Part shown: positions 1 through 9,282 of the stretch, piece after piece
How positions within the stretch are numbered: position 1 is the first letter of the stretch
How the letters are laid out: each line of letters starts with the position of its first letter
NCBI GenBank assembly: GCA_040903985.1
Contig: JBBDUI010000002.1
Span: 29,361-93,360, forward strand
Direction of reading: 5' to 3'
Origin: Candidatus Saccharimonadales bacterium
GTDB taxonomy: Bacteria > Patescibacteriota > Saccharimonadia > QS-5-54-17
Length of the DNA: 64,000 nt
Made by a program: the position numbers and the translations under genes
The notes under the pieces: generated by a model
The model's database searches: none
Told to the model about the DNA's origin: nothing
What the model saw: only the letters and a program-made list of their open reading frames with translations

Positions 1-145
1 AATGTACACTCGAAAAGTTACCCTTCGAGCGGTGGAATCAGATGATTCCATGCAAGCCTTATCGTTAAAACTTGCATCGAGTCACCCCTATCGGCAGCTA
101 AGCTATAGACTCACCTTAAATAATAAACAGCTAATCTGTCAAATA

Positions 146-835
146 CTACTGTGTAAGTTGTCGGTAGGACAGTACATGCCCCTTACCGGCTTCCTTAGTG
201 GCGTAGAGGGCATCGTCGGCCTGTTTGTAAAGTTCTGTCCAGTTTGTCTGATCGCTCAATGAGCTAACCCCGGCCGAGATGGTACAGTTGAACTCAGTTC
301 TACCGTTATAGCTGATGTCGGTACCGGCAACCAGGCGGACTAGGTCGACGGCAATCCCTAGAGCGTCATCTTCATCGGCATCGAGTAGAGCTATCACGAA
401 CTCATCTCCACCAAAACGCGCGATAATGTCATTCTCACGCAGACGAGCATTCATCGCGTCAGTAACCGTCTTTAAAGCTGCGTCTCCGGCTGGGTGGCCA
501 TAGGAGTCGTTGATAATTTTAAAATCATCTACATCGATGCAGATTAGAGATAGCCGGGCCGTATTAGGGTTGTCGTGTCGGCGTCGCTTAAGCTTACTCC
601 ATTCCTCGTCAATTAACAGCTCAAAGCCACTACGATTTACTACCTGAGTGAGATGATCGATGTTCTTCTCCGTCGTCAACCGTTCGATCTCACGCTGTTG
701 GAGCTGGATAGTATCGCGCATATCGCTCATGCGGTCACGGATAAAGGCTTCCTGCGCTAGGTCGTTCAGCTCATTACTAGACTGGCGTGCGAGTTCATTT
801 ATCATAGTTATGACATTATATACTACAATAGTCAA
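146..835 (-). CDS. GGDEF-domain diguanylate cyclase with N-terminal coiled-coil region
   Basis: Translation contains the RFGGDEF active-site motif (IIARFGGDEFVIAL) and GGDEF-domain-like flanking motifs. The start may instead be the internal Met near 805. Confidence 0.75.
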   Translation of the reverse strand: MTIVVYNVITMINELARQSSNELNDLAQEAFIRDRMSDMRDTIQLQQREIERLTTEKNIDHLTQVVNRSGFELLIDEEWSKLKRRRHDNPNTARLSLICIDVDDFKIINDSYGHPAGDAALKTVTDAMNARLRENDIIARFGGDEFVIALLDADEDDALGIAVDLVRLVAGTDISYNGRTEFNCTISAGVSSLSDQTNWTELYKQADDALYATKEAGKGHVLSYRQLTQ

Positions 836-847
836 TTAATTCAAGCT

Positions 848-877
848 TTGACATCAGGTAGAGGGATAGGCTATACT
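848..877 (+). promoter_or_regulatory. Putative sigma70-like promoter for the rplJ-rplL operon: TTGACA at 848-853, 18-nt spacer, TATACT at 872-877
   Basis: Hexamers read directly in the sequence about 190 nt upstream of rplJ. No experimental support. Confidence 0.35.
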
Positions 878-1000
878 CTCCGACAGTGAGCCAAAGACCG
901 TAGCGCTCAGCCCTAAAGGTTGAATTAAGAATGCTACCGAGGTATATCCAACTAAGTCGGAACTAAGCCTTAGTTGGCAACAGCTAGATTGTTGAATATA

Positions 1001-1030
1001 TCTCTGACTGGTCGGTGTCAGAGATTTTTT
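1001..1030 (+). promoter_or_regulatory. rplJ leader attenuator-like hairpin: stem tctctgac/gtcagaga, 8-nt loop, then TTTTTT
   Basis: Perfect 8-bp stem followed by a T6 run 34 nt upstream of the rplJ start. A second 9-bp stem (ccaactaag...cttagttgg) lies at about 943-980. Consistent with the known L10-L12 autoregulatory leader. Confidence 0.45.
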
Positions 1031-1063
1031 AATGCTCACTAAACATAATAACGAGGTACCATC

Positions 1064-1591
1064 ATGGCAATTTCTCGTACACAAAAAGAAGCCCAGGTTG
1101 AAGCTCTGAAAGAAGAGTTCACTCAAAGCAGTATGACCGTAATGACGGCCTATAGTGGTCTAACGGTGCATGAGGCGCAAGCGCTGCGCAAGCAGATGCG
1201 TGAACTGGGCGGAAACTTCCGCGTGGTAAAGAACGCGATGTTCAAACTGGCCGTAGCCGACAGCTTTAAGGATCTCGATCTCTCACAGCTCGAAGGGCCG
1301 ATCGCCGTCGCCTTCGGTTACAGTGACCCGGTAGCACCGGCTAAAACTATCAGTGACTACGCTAAGAAACATGAGTCATTGACACCACTAGGCGCTTTTA
1401 ACGCTCAGGGTGAATGGTTCGATGCCACCCAGGTGGCTAAACTGGCCAGCCTGCCAAGTCGCGAGCAGTTGACGGCGCAACTGGTAGGTACTATCGCAGC
1501 TCCACTAAGTGGATTCGTTAGCGTCCTACAGGGTAACCTGCGTGGACTAGTAACGGTTCTCGACGGCGTCGCACAGGCTAAGGAAGCATAA
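1064..1591 (+). CDS. rplJ: 50S ribosomal protein L10
   Basis: 175 aa with a typical L10 N-terminus (MAISRTQKEAQVEALKEEF...). Located immediately upstream of L7/L12. Confidence 0.93.
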   Translation: MAISRTQKEAQVEALKEEFTQSSMTVMTAYSGLTVHEAQALRKQMRELGGNFRVVKNAMFKLAVADSFKDLDLSQLEGPIAVAFGYSDPVAPAKTISDYAKKHESLTPLGAFNAQGEWFDATQVAKLASLPSREQLTAQLVGTIAAPLSGFVSVLQGNLRGLVTVLDGVAQAKEA

Positions 1592-1642
1592 TTAACTTAA
1601 ATTAGATAATTACTCGATTAATTCGAGTTAAAGGAGAATATC

Positions 1643-2074
1643 ATGGCAGAAGCAAAAGATAAGACCGCAGAGGTCGCAGAAGAAGCAAAGACCGAAATTC
1701 CTAAGAAGTTTGAGAAGCTGGTAAAAGAGATCGAGACTCTCAGCACACTGGACTTGAGCGAGCTAGTTAAAGTTCTAGAGGACCACTTCGGTGTGTCAGC
1801 CGCCGCTCCAGCCGCCGCCGCTGCAGCTCCAGCTGCTGAAGCTGGCGAAGCTGCCGAGGAAAAGAGTGAGTTCACTGTAACTCTAACCGATGCCGGCGCT
1901 AGCAAGATCAACGTCATCAAGGCGGTACGAGAGATCACTGGCTTAGGTTTAGCCGAGAGTAAGGCCATTGTTGATGGTGCTCCGAAAGCCGTCAAAGAGA
2001 ACGTAGCGAAGGACGAAGCTGAAGATGCTAAGTCTAAGCTCGAAGAAGCTGGCGCTACCGTCGAGCTAGCCTAA
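1643..2074 (+). CDS. rplL: 50S ribosomal protein L7/L12
   Basis: 143 aa with an Ala-rich hinge ([22 protein letters not shown]) and a conserved C-terminal domain ([28 protein letters not shown]). RBS ggagaa upstream. Confidence 0.95.
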   Translation: MAEAKDKTAEVAEEAKTEIPKKFEKLVKEIETLSTLDLSELVKVLEDHFGVSAAAPAAAAAAPAAEAGEAAEEKSEFTVTLTDAGASKINVIKAVREITGLGLAESKAIVDGAPKAVKENVAKDEAEDAKSKLEEAGATVELA

Positions 2075-2104
2075 GCTAACTCAGACATCGCGCGAAACAT
2101 TATA

Positions 2105-2135
2105 CTGCTCGGGCAAGGGTCCCGAGCAGTTTTTG
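2105..2135 (+). terminator. Rho-independent terminator after rplL
   Basis: ctgctcggg-caagggt-cccgagcag perfect 9-bp stem followed by TTTTT. Confidence 0.7.
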
Positions 2136-2262
2136 TACTCGGCGCCAGACCGGGATAGTAGCTTGTATAAATGTTTTGACTTTTGTATAGTAAAACTGAT
2201 ACAGTGATGGGGAAATAAAGTTAGGGAGCTTTATTCTACGTTTTATTAATTAGGACACAAAC

Positions 2263-2775
2263 ATGACAGACATAGCAGACAAACAGCTAAAACGCTTGCG
2301 GGCGTTGCTTGACGAAGCAGAAACAAGTGTAGCAGCAGCCAAAGAGCTGCTGATTAGTCTTGTCGGTGACGAGGAGACCGTAACACCCAGTTCTAGTGAG
2401 CAGGAAATCGGTAAGGTAATTGAAGGTGTGTTTGACGGTCAGAATATGATTGGACCGGATGGTAAGACCTACCCGGTACCGGCCAACTATGCCTCTAAGT
2501 CAAAGCTAGTTCAGGGTGATATCCTAAAACTAACCATCGCCGATGACGGAACTTTTATCTACAAGCAAATTGGTCCCGTACCGCGCAAGAAGGTGATAGG
2601 TACCGTCGAGCAGAAGGGTGGCCAGTACTATATCAAAGTGGATGAGCAGGACTATCGGGTCTTGCTCGCGAGCGTCACTTACTTTAAGGCTCAGGCTGGA
2701 GATCAAGTTACCGCAGTAATCCCTGAAGACGATACGGCCGAATGGGCCGCTATCGAAGCCGCTATTACGAGTTAA
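2263..2775 (+). CDS. Hypothetical protein (170 aa) between rplL and dnaX
   Basis: Long ORF with coding-like composition and no recognisable motif. Followed by a terminator hairpin. Confidence 0.55.
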   Translation: MTDIADKQLKRLRALLDEAETSVAAAKELLISLVGDEETVTPSSSEQEIGKVIEGVFDGQNMIGPDGKTYPVPANYASKSKLVQGDILKLTIADDGTFIYKQIGPVPRKKVIGTVEQKGGQYYIKVDEQDYRVLLASVTYFKAQAGDQVTAVIPEDDTAEWAAIEAAITS

Positions 2776-2785
2776 AAGCCGCTCA

Positions 2786-2829
2786 GCTCGCCTCCGATTT
2801 CCTCTAGTCGGAGGCGAGCATAGTTTTTC
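2786..2829 (+). terminator. Rho-independent terminator
   Basis: gctcgcctccga / tcggaggcgagc 12-bp stem followed by a T-rich run (atagttttt). Confidence 0.6.
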
Positions 2830-2917
2830 TTAATAACCGTTAGACTTGTAAATTAGCTCTGGAAATTATGGCCGATGTGCGCCATACTAGAATCAGAAAT
2901 TGGAGGAAAACTAACAC

Positions 2918-4360
2918 GTGGGCAAAATAGCGCTCTATCGTCACTATCGTAGTCATGATTTTTCCGATCTGGTAGGGCAGAATCATGTCTCTGTTACGCT
3001 GGAGCAGGCTATTAAGGCTGATCGTATCAGCCACGCATATCTCTTTACCGGGCCTAAGGGAGTGGGGAAGACTAGTGCGGCTCGTATACTGGCGCGACGT
3101 GTGAACGAGATTGAGGAGACAGCTCACCACCCTGATATTATCGAAATCGATGCTGCTAGTAACAACGGAGTCGATGAGATTCGCGAGCTGCGGGAAAAGG
3201 TGCACATAGCCCCCAACTATGCCAAGTATAAGGTTTATATCATCGATGAGGTGCATATGCTTAGCACTGCCGCCTTTAATGCTCTACTCAAGACGCTTGA
3301 GGAGCCGCCCTCCCACGTCATCTTTGTATTAGCTACTACCGAACCGCATAAGCTGCCCCAAACTATTATCTCGCGCACGCAGCATTTCCCCTTTCGTCCT
3401 ATTAGCCATAGCGCTACCCAGAAGCACTTAAAGTCGATTGCTAAGCAAGAGAAGATAAAGATTAGTGATGAGGCACTCTCCTTACTAGCTACTCTCGGCG
3501 AGGGTAGCATGCGGGACAGCATTAGCTTGTTGGATCAGGTCAGCACTAGCGCTACGAGTGAGATTACGGTGACGCAGATAGAAGATATGATCGGGCTAGC
3601 CCGCACCGAACAGATCGCGAGTCTCATCACAGCCGTAGAGGCGCAGGATAATGCAGCTATGCTCAAGGTGTATGACGAGCTGCTTGAGAGTGGTATCGCC
3701 CCACAGCTGTTAATGAAGCAGTTATTATCCTACGTTCGTCGCCAGATTCGCGAACGGATTCAGGCAAAACAGCCGTTAGCCGTGCTTCGCAGCCTGCTGG
3801 AGCAGTTAAGTAGTCTGCCGCCGCATACGGTTAATATCGAATTTGCGCTTGAAGCCCTACTACTAGAAGCTGGCTCGAACCCAACAGATCGAGTCGGGCC
3901 TGCCCCGGCCAAGAATTTCCGGGCCCGAATCGTGAAAGCCAAGCCAAAGTCGGTCGAGACAGCTAAACCGAGTGAGCCTAGCCTTGATCCGACTGCTACA
4001 ACAACGGACTCTACCCAGCTCGATCAAACAGCCTGGATAGAGGCACTAAGCTTAATTAAGCAGCGACACGGAGCGCTCTACGCTCTTTTAAGTAACACTG
4101 ACGTCACATTTAGCGTAGATAGCTGTGAGATTAGTGCGCGCTTCCAGTTTCATTATCGCCGCTTAAATGAGCAGCGAACGCAAGCTTCGATCGCTGACGC
4201 ACTGAAATCAGTCTGTGGTCGGGATATTACAGTCAAGATTAAGTCCGATGCTGCTGCTAAGGCTAAACAGCCACCACCAGAGCCGGAGGCGGAGCAGGAG
4301 GACTTTGACGTGATATCCCAGGTCACAAATATTCTTGGTGGTGAGGTAGCTCATGGCTGA
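2918..4360 (+). CDS. dnaX: DNA polymerase III subunit gamma/tau
   Basis: GTG start. Walker A GPKGVGKTSAARILA, DEVHML box, SRTQ sensor motif, AAA+ clamp-loader architecture. Confidence 0.9.
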   Translation: MGKIALYRHYRSHDFSDLVGQNHVSVTLEQAIKADRISHAYLFTGPKGVGKTSAARILARRVNEIEETAHHPDIIEIDAASNNGVDEIRELREKVHIAPNYAKYKVYIIDEVHMLSTAAFNALLKTLEEPPSHVIFVLATTEPHKLPQTIISRTQHFPFRPISHSATQKHLKSIAKQEKIKISDEALSLLATLGEGSMRDSISLLDQVSTSATSEITVTQIEDMIGLARTEQIASLITAVEAQDNAAMLKVYDELLESGIAPQLLMKQLLSYVRRQIRERIQAKQPLAVLRSLLEQLSSLPPHTVNIEFALEALLLEAGSNPTDRVGPAPAKNFRARIVKAKPKSVETAKPSEPSLDPTATTTDSTQLDQTAWIEALSLIKQRHGALYALLSNTDVTFSVDSCEISARFQFHYRRLNEQRTQASIADALKSVCGRDITVKIKSDAAAKAKQPPPEPEAEQEDFDVISQVTNILGGEVAHG

Positions 4361-5684
4361 TAAGGTCAAACTCCCACCACAGAACGTACAGGCCGAGAGC
4401 AGCCTGCTCGGCAGTATCTTGATCGATCCAGAGGCACTAACTAAGATTGCCGATACCGTTCGGCCGGATGACTTCTACGAGCAGCGGCATAACCAAATAT
4501 TTACCGCCATGCTGCACCTCTATGAGCAGCGTAAGCCGATCGATGTCTTAACCCTCTCAGAGAAGTTGGAGACTAGTGGGAGCATTAAAGCGGTCGGGGG
4601 CTCCAGCTATATTACCGAATTAGCTAACTCGGTACCTAGCGCCGCCCACATCCATGAATATGGTGAGATTGTAGCCAAGAAGGCTACTCTGCGCCGTCTC
4701 ATTAGTGCGGCCCAGGAGATCACCAACCTCGGCTTTAGTGATGATGAGGATACAGATGCGTTAATCGATCAGGCTGAGCAACTGCTCTATGGGGTTTCTG
4801 AGAATAAAGGTCACACCGGCTTTCGCGCTATCGGGGACGTGTTAAATGAGAGTTTTGACCGGATTGAGGAGCTAAACAAAAACAAAGGTCAGCTCCGCGG
4901 GGTACCGACCGGTTTTAAGGGACTGGATAACAAGTTGGCCGGAATGCAGGACTCTGACCTACTTATCCTGGCCGCCCGTCCAGCTATGGGTAAGACGTCA
5001 TTTGCGCTTAATATCGCCCATAACGTAGCAGTTAAAGAGGGCATTCCAGTGGGTATCTTCAGTCTGGAAATGAGTCAGGAGCAGCTAGTCGATCGCTTAC
5101 TCAGTGCCGAGTCAGGAGTAGACTCCTGGAAACTGCGCACCGGAAATCTAGAAAATACCGACTTTGCCAAGATTGGGGAGGCGATGGGTGCTCTATCTGA
5201 GGCCCCAATCTTTATCGATGATACTCCGATGGCTAATGTCATGGACATGCGGACTAAGGCTAGGCGTATCCAGAGTGAGCACGGTCTCGGCCTGATCATC
5301 GTCGACTATTTACAGTTGATGAGCGGGCGCGGTAACTACGGTGAGAATCGAGTCCAAGAGGTTTCAGAAATCTCGCGGGGCTTGAAGGGCTTGGCGCGTG
5401 AGCTAAATGTTCCGGTTCTAGCTCTATCACAGCTTTCTCGTAGCGTAGAGTCACGCAGCCCGCAAATACCGCAGCTGGCCGACCTCCGTGAGTCCGGTTC
5501 GATTGAGCAGGATGCCGATGTAGTGATGTTTATCTATCGTGAAGAAGTCTACAACCCGGAAACCGACCGACAGAACATCGCCGACATACTAATTAAGAAG
5601 CACCGTAACGGGCCGATCGGTGAAGTCGAACTCTACTTCCATGCCGAGAAGACTCAGTTTCGATCAATCGAGCAGAACCGCTAG
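4353..5684 (+). CDS. dnaB: Replicative DNA helicase DnaB
   Basis: 443 aa with a DnaB N-terminal domain and a RecA-like C-terminal domain carrying Walker A (ARPAMGKTSFALN) and the helicase motifs. Overlaps dnaX by 8 nt. Confidence 0.93.
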   Translation: MADKVKLPPQNVQAESSLLGSILIDPEALTKIADTVRPDDFYEQRHNQIFTAMLHLYEQRKPIDVLTLSEKLETSGSIKAVGGSSYITELANSVPSAAHIHEYGEIVAKKATLRRLISAAQEITNLGFSDDEDTDALIDQAEQLLYGVSENKGHTGFRAIGDVLNESFDRIEELNKNKGQLRGVPTGFKGLDNKLAGMQDSDLLILAARPAMGKTSFALNIAHNVAVKEGIPVGIFSLEMSQEQLVDRLLSAESGVDSWKLRTGNLENTDFAKIGEAMGALSEAPIFIDDTPMANVMDMRTKARRIQSEHGLGLIIVDYLQLMSGRGNYGENRVQEVSEISRGLKGLARELNVPVLALSQLSRSVESRSPQIPQLADLRESGSIEQDADVVMFIYREEVYNPETDRQNIADILIKKHRNGPIGEVELYFHAEKTQFRSIEQNR

Positions 5685-5721
5685 CCATGTCTGCTATCTG
5701 CGCCACTAATTTGATTTACCG

Positions 5722-7353
5722 ATGAAGCTACTAGATAACACTTCCAGTCAGATAGAGCGCGGAAAACTCACCCTACCTAATCGTCGCCAAATCTGGAAGT
5801 GGGTGGAGCTAAAACGTGAGGAGCTAGGAGACTGGCTAGTTGCTAATCGCGAACTGACTTTACTAGTCAGTATTATAGTTCTAGCTGCTCTGTTTCGGCT
5901 CTGGCAGCTGCCAAGCCTGCCCTACGGCCTACATCCAGAGGAGGCCGCCAACGGTCTCGACGCTATCTCTATCTTGCAAGGAGATATCCAGCCCTTCTAC
6001 GAGTCTGCTGGGGGACGAGAGGGGCTGCTGTTCTACCTGCAGGCTCTAAGTGTAGCCATTTTTGGCCCTACTATGTTTGCCTTACGGCTGATGCCCGCCC
6101 TAGCTGGCATCGGAGCAGTATTCATGATTTATCTGGCAGGGCGGGTCTGGTTCTCCCGTCGGGTCGGGCTAATGGCTGCATTTTTTATGGCGATTTCGCC
6201 CTGGGCCATTCATATGAGTCGGCTAGCACTACCGGCAGCACTGCTGCTTCTTTTAGTGCCGACTATCCTCTGGCTGTCAGCACGGGCACTCCAGACTAAT
6301 AGAGCAGGCTGGTTTGTAGCTACCGGGGTCGCTATCGGCCTGGGCTTTTATGTTCAGCCGAGTTGGCACGTTTTGCCTTTAGCTCTCGCTCCACTCCTAC
6401 TCTTTAGTCGTTATTTTTATCGTTCTCAGCTTCGCCAGCTTTGGCAACCGCTCTTGATAGTCCTACTCAGTGTCCTGGTGACACTACTGCCTTTTGCTGC
6501 CTATATGGCGACTAACAGCTCCGCCTATTTTGAGCGGCCCACTACAAGTGTCTTTAATGCTGAGCAGCGTGATGAGCCGCTGGCTCAAGTTTTAGTCGAG
6601 TCGGTGGGGCGTACCGCGGGTATGTTCCATATAGCCGGAGATCGTAATCAGCTACATAATCTGCGCGGTGAGCCCCAGCTCACAGCCCTGGTCGGTGTAC
6701 TCTTCTTGCTAGGTCTTCTGTTGAGCTGGCGGCGGCGGCATGACATTCGCTACACGGCGCTGGTATCGCTACTTGCGGTCCTGCTACTACCGGCGGCACT
6801 AAGTATGGGAAATGTCGCTCCTAGCGCATTACGGGCGGTGGCGGCGGCTCCTATCATCTACATCTTAGCTGCTATTGGGCTGAGTGAGCTAATTGCCCGC
6901 TGGCGCGGTGTGTTTCCTCGTAACCCACTAGCACTTCACTTAGCTATAACCATCATCGTGGCCGCAGGTGCTATCACTACTATTTATAGCTATCAGCGTT
7001 ATTTTGTGGCCTGGGCTAATGCACCTCAGACTTTTACGGCCAGTTACGAGCCGATGCGGGCGGTAGCCGAGTTCATGCTGACTCACGATATCGACGGCAC
7101 TTACTTTGTGGTCGCTAGTGAATACCAAGTATTGTCGGTAAGCTTTTTAACCGACGGTAAGGTCGAGTACATCCAGGTCTCTCCACCGGATGCGGGCGAG
7201 GTCGAGTTAGCGGTCGGAGATAGGTTAATCGTGCCTTACCTTAACCGCGAGCAGGACATCGAGCTCGGAGCTGCTGCGCTCGATCAGGTAACCCAGATCT
7301 CTCGCTATCGCTCCGATACAGCTTTATTCACGCTGTATCGAGTGGAAGAGTAG
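5722..7353 (+). CDS. GT-C fold membrane glycosyltransferase, family 39 (PMT/ArnT-like)
   Basis: Polytopic membrane protein. The first periplasmic loop carries an acidic LHPEEAANG motif resembling the ArnT/PMT DE motif, followed by many TM helices and a C-terminal soluble domain. Confidence 0.65.
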   Translation: MKLLDNTSSQIERGKLTLPNRRQIWKWVELKREELGDWLVANRELTLLVSIIVLAALFRLWQLPSLPYGLHPEEAANGLDAISILQGDIQPFYESAGGREGLLFYLQALSVAIFGPTMFALRLMPALAGIGAVFMIYLAGRVWFSRRVGLMAAFFMAISPWAIHMSRLALPAALLLLLVPTILWLSARALQTNRAGWFVATGVAIGLGFYVQPSWHVLPLALAPLLLFSRYFYRSQLRQLWQPLLIVLLSVLVTLLPFAAYMATNSSAYFERPTTSVFNAEQRDEPLAQVLVESVGRTAGMFHIAGDRNQLHNLRGEPQLTALVGVLFLLGLLLSWRRRHDIRYTALVSLLAVLLLPAALSMGNVAPSALRAVAAAPIIYILAAIGLSELIARWRGVFPRNPLALHLAITIIVAAGAITTIYSYQRYFVAWANAPQTFTASYEPMRAVAEFMLTHDIDGTYFVVASEYQVLSVSFLTDGKVEYIQVSPPDAGEVELAVGDRLIVPYLNREQDIELGAAALDQVTQISRYRSDTALFTLYRVEE

Positions 7354-7415
7354 TCTATTATCCACTCATTTCGTCCGTAGGTTTGCTACAATAGGAGAGT
7401 ACTTAAATATATGAG

Positions 7416-7697
7416 GTGTTTCAGATGAATCCTAAGCAACTAATGCAATTACGCAAAATTCAAAAGGAACTGGCTCGCGAGGTGGTCGAGGTCGAGGCTG
7501 GCGATGGTGCCGTCAGAATCCAAATCAGCGGCGAGCAGAAGGTCAAAAGTGTGAAGATAGATCCTGACAAGGTGGCCGATACGACTAAACTTGAGAAGTG
7601 GCTGGAGTCGGCTATCACGCAAGCTATTACTAAGTCACAGCAGATCGCAGCCGATAAGATGAAGAGCGCCTCGGCCGGACTGAATCTCGGAATTTAA
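7416..7697 (+). CDS. ybaB: Nucleoid-associated protein YbaB/EbfC
   Basis: 93 aa with the YbaB-like pattern (MQLRKIQKEL...VEVEAGDGAVRIQISGEQKVKSVKIDP). Immediately upstream of recR, which is the conserved synteny. Confidence 0.85.
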   Translation: MFQMNPKQLMQLRKIQKELAREVVEVEAGDGAVRIQISGEQKVKSVKIDPDKVADTTKLEKWLESAITQAITKSQQIAADKMKSASAGLNLGI

Positions 7698-8284
7698 TGC
7701 TGCCCAAACCTCTAGAACTTCTGGTCTCTGAACTGAATAAGCTCCCCGGCGTCGGGCCTCGTACAGCCGAACGCTTAGCTATGTCGATTCTACGCCGTGG
7801 AGCCGGCGAAGCCAGTCAGCTCTCAGAGGCTTTGACGAGTCTGCACGCTAATATCGTCGAGTGCAGCCAGTGCCACAACCTTGCTAGTGAGCCACTTTGT
7901 TTTGTCTGTAGCGATCCGAAACGTAGTCGAGACGTGGTAGCGATAGTGGAAGACGCTCTAGACGTAGTAGCGCTAGAGCGGGCTGCCAGCTTTGACGGCG
8001 TATACCATGTCTTAGGTGGTATTATCTCTCCCGTCGATGGCATCGGCCCCGACCAGCTCAATCTTGCCTCATTGAAGCGGCGCGTAGAAGGGGGAGGTAT
8101 CGAAGAGTTGATTCTAGCTACTAACGCCAGTGTGGAAGGAGAAGCTACGGCACACTACATTCGTCGGTTCTTACCGGATATTAAGATTACTCGTCTAGCC
8201 CGTGGGCTGCCGATGGGCAGTGATCTGGAGTATGCCGATCAGACCACCCTAGTTCGGGCGCTAGAAGGACGGCAAACGGTATGA
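7697..8284 (+). CDS. recR: Recombination protein RecR
   Basis: HhH N-terminus (LPGVGPRTAERLA), C4 zinc finger (CSQCHNL...CFVC) and a Toprim domain. Start overlaps the ybaB stop (TAATG). Confidence 0.95.
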   Translation: MLPKPLELLVSELNKLPGVGPRTAERLAMSILRRGAGEASQLSEALTSLHANIVECSQCHNLASEPLCFVCSDPKRSRDVVAIVEDALDVVALERAASFDGVYHVLGGIISPVDGIGPDQLNLASLKRRVEGGGIEELILATNASVEGEATAHYIRRFLPDIKITRLARGLPMGSDLEYADQTTLVRALEGRQTV

Positions 8285-9282
8285 ACTATACTCCGGAACT
8301 TTTACTTCGCTTCGGCACATTGTTAGATGAAGCCAGTCATGTCGTGGTCATGCAAGCCGAGCATATCGATGCCGATAGCCTTGGCTCCAGTCTCGGTCTC
8401 GAAGCGGCTCTTACTAAGTTGGGCAAACAAGTTACACTCTACTGTCACGATGAAGTACCGAGCTACCTGAAACATTTTCCAGGACAGGACCGGGTGACGC
8501 AAAATCTACCAGGTAAATATGACCTGGCTATCCTGGTTGACTCTAGTACTCACAGTCAGATTGAGCGGACCTGGAGTGAGCATAAAGCCGCTCTCTCGCG
8601 CCGTCCTTTTGTCTGTATTGATCACCACGTCTCGACTAATAATCAGATCAATGGAGCCAACGTGCTGCTGCTGCTTGACGATACTGCCGGAGCTAGCGGC
8701 CAACAGGTAGTCGAGCTGGCGCAGCACTATGGCTGGGAGCTTGATGCTGAAGCTGCCTATGTCCTAGCCGCCGCCATCAAATCCGATACCGTTAATCTCT
8801 CTACTAGATATACCAGTGCCGCTACTTTTCGGGCGATGGCCTATCTAGTGGAACAAGGTGTAGATCTGGAGGAGCTCAGGCTCAACGTAGAGAAGGTCAG
8901 CAGTATCCCAGCCACCCAGTTGCATTTACGAGCCGAAGTATTAGCCCGTACTAGTTTTTTTAAGGATAATCAGATCGCCGTCACCTACTTTACCGCGGAG
9001 GAGTATAAGCTGCTAAGTGAGGACAAGCTATTGATCGAACGTACTAAGCATGAGTTGAGAACACTCCAGGAAGTCGAGATTGCCGTCGTTATCACCGAAC
9101 GTAAAGGCTACAGTAACGCTTCAATGCGAGCTAACGTTGGGGTAGCCCGGCTTACAGCTGAACATTTCGGGGGCGGGGGGCACGACAAGGCCGCTTCTTG
9201 TCGGTTTGAAAACGCCACTCACACTGAAGTCACCGAAGCTATCGTGCCAGTTATTGAGAGGCTACTGGATGAAGCTCTATAG
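8281..9282 (+). CDS. nrnA: DHH-family phosphoesterase (NrnA-like oligoribonuclease/pAp phosphatase)
   Basis: DHH motif (CIDHHVS) and DHHA1 GGGH motif (GGGGHDKAA). Overlaps the recR stop (ATGA). Confidence 0.8.
   Translation: MNYTPELLLRFGTLLDEASHVVVMQAEHIDADSLGSSLGLEAALTKLGKQVTLYCHDEVPSYLKHFPGQDRVTQNLPGKYDLAILVDSSTHSQIERTWSEHKAALSRRPFVCIDHHVSTNNQINGANVLLLLDDTAGASGQQVVELAQHYGWELDAEAAYVLAAAIKSDTVNLSTRYTSAATFRAMAYLVEQGVDLEELRLNVEKVSSIPATQLHLRAEVLARTSFFKDNQIAVTYFTAEEYKLLSEDKLLIERTKHELRTLQEVEIAVVITERKGYSNASMRANVGVARLTAEHFGGGGHDKAASCRFENATHTEVTEAIVPVIERLLDEAL

Noticed and set aside
2-262. 86-aa ORF at the window edge
   Set aside because: It overlaps the 3' end of the GGDEF gene on the opposite strand. 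No RBS and no motif.
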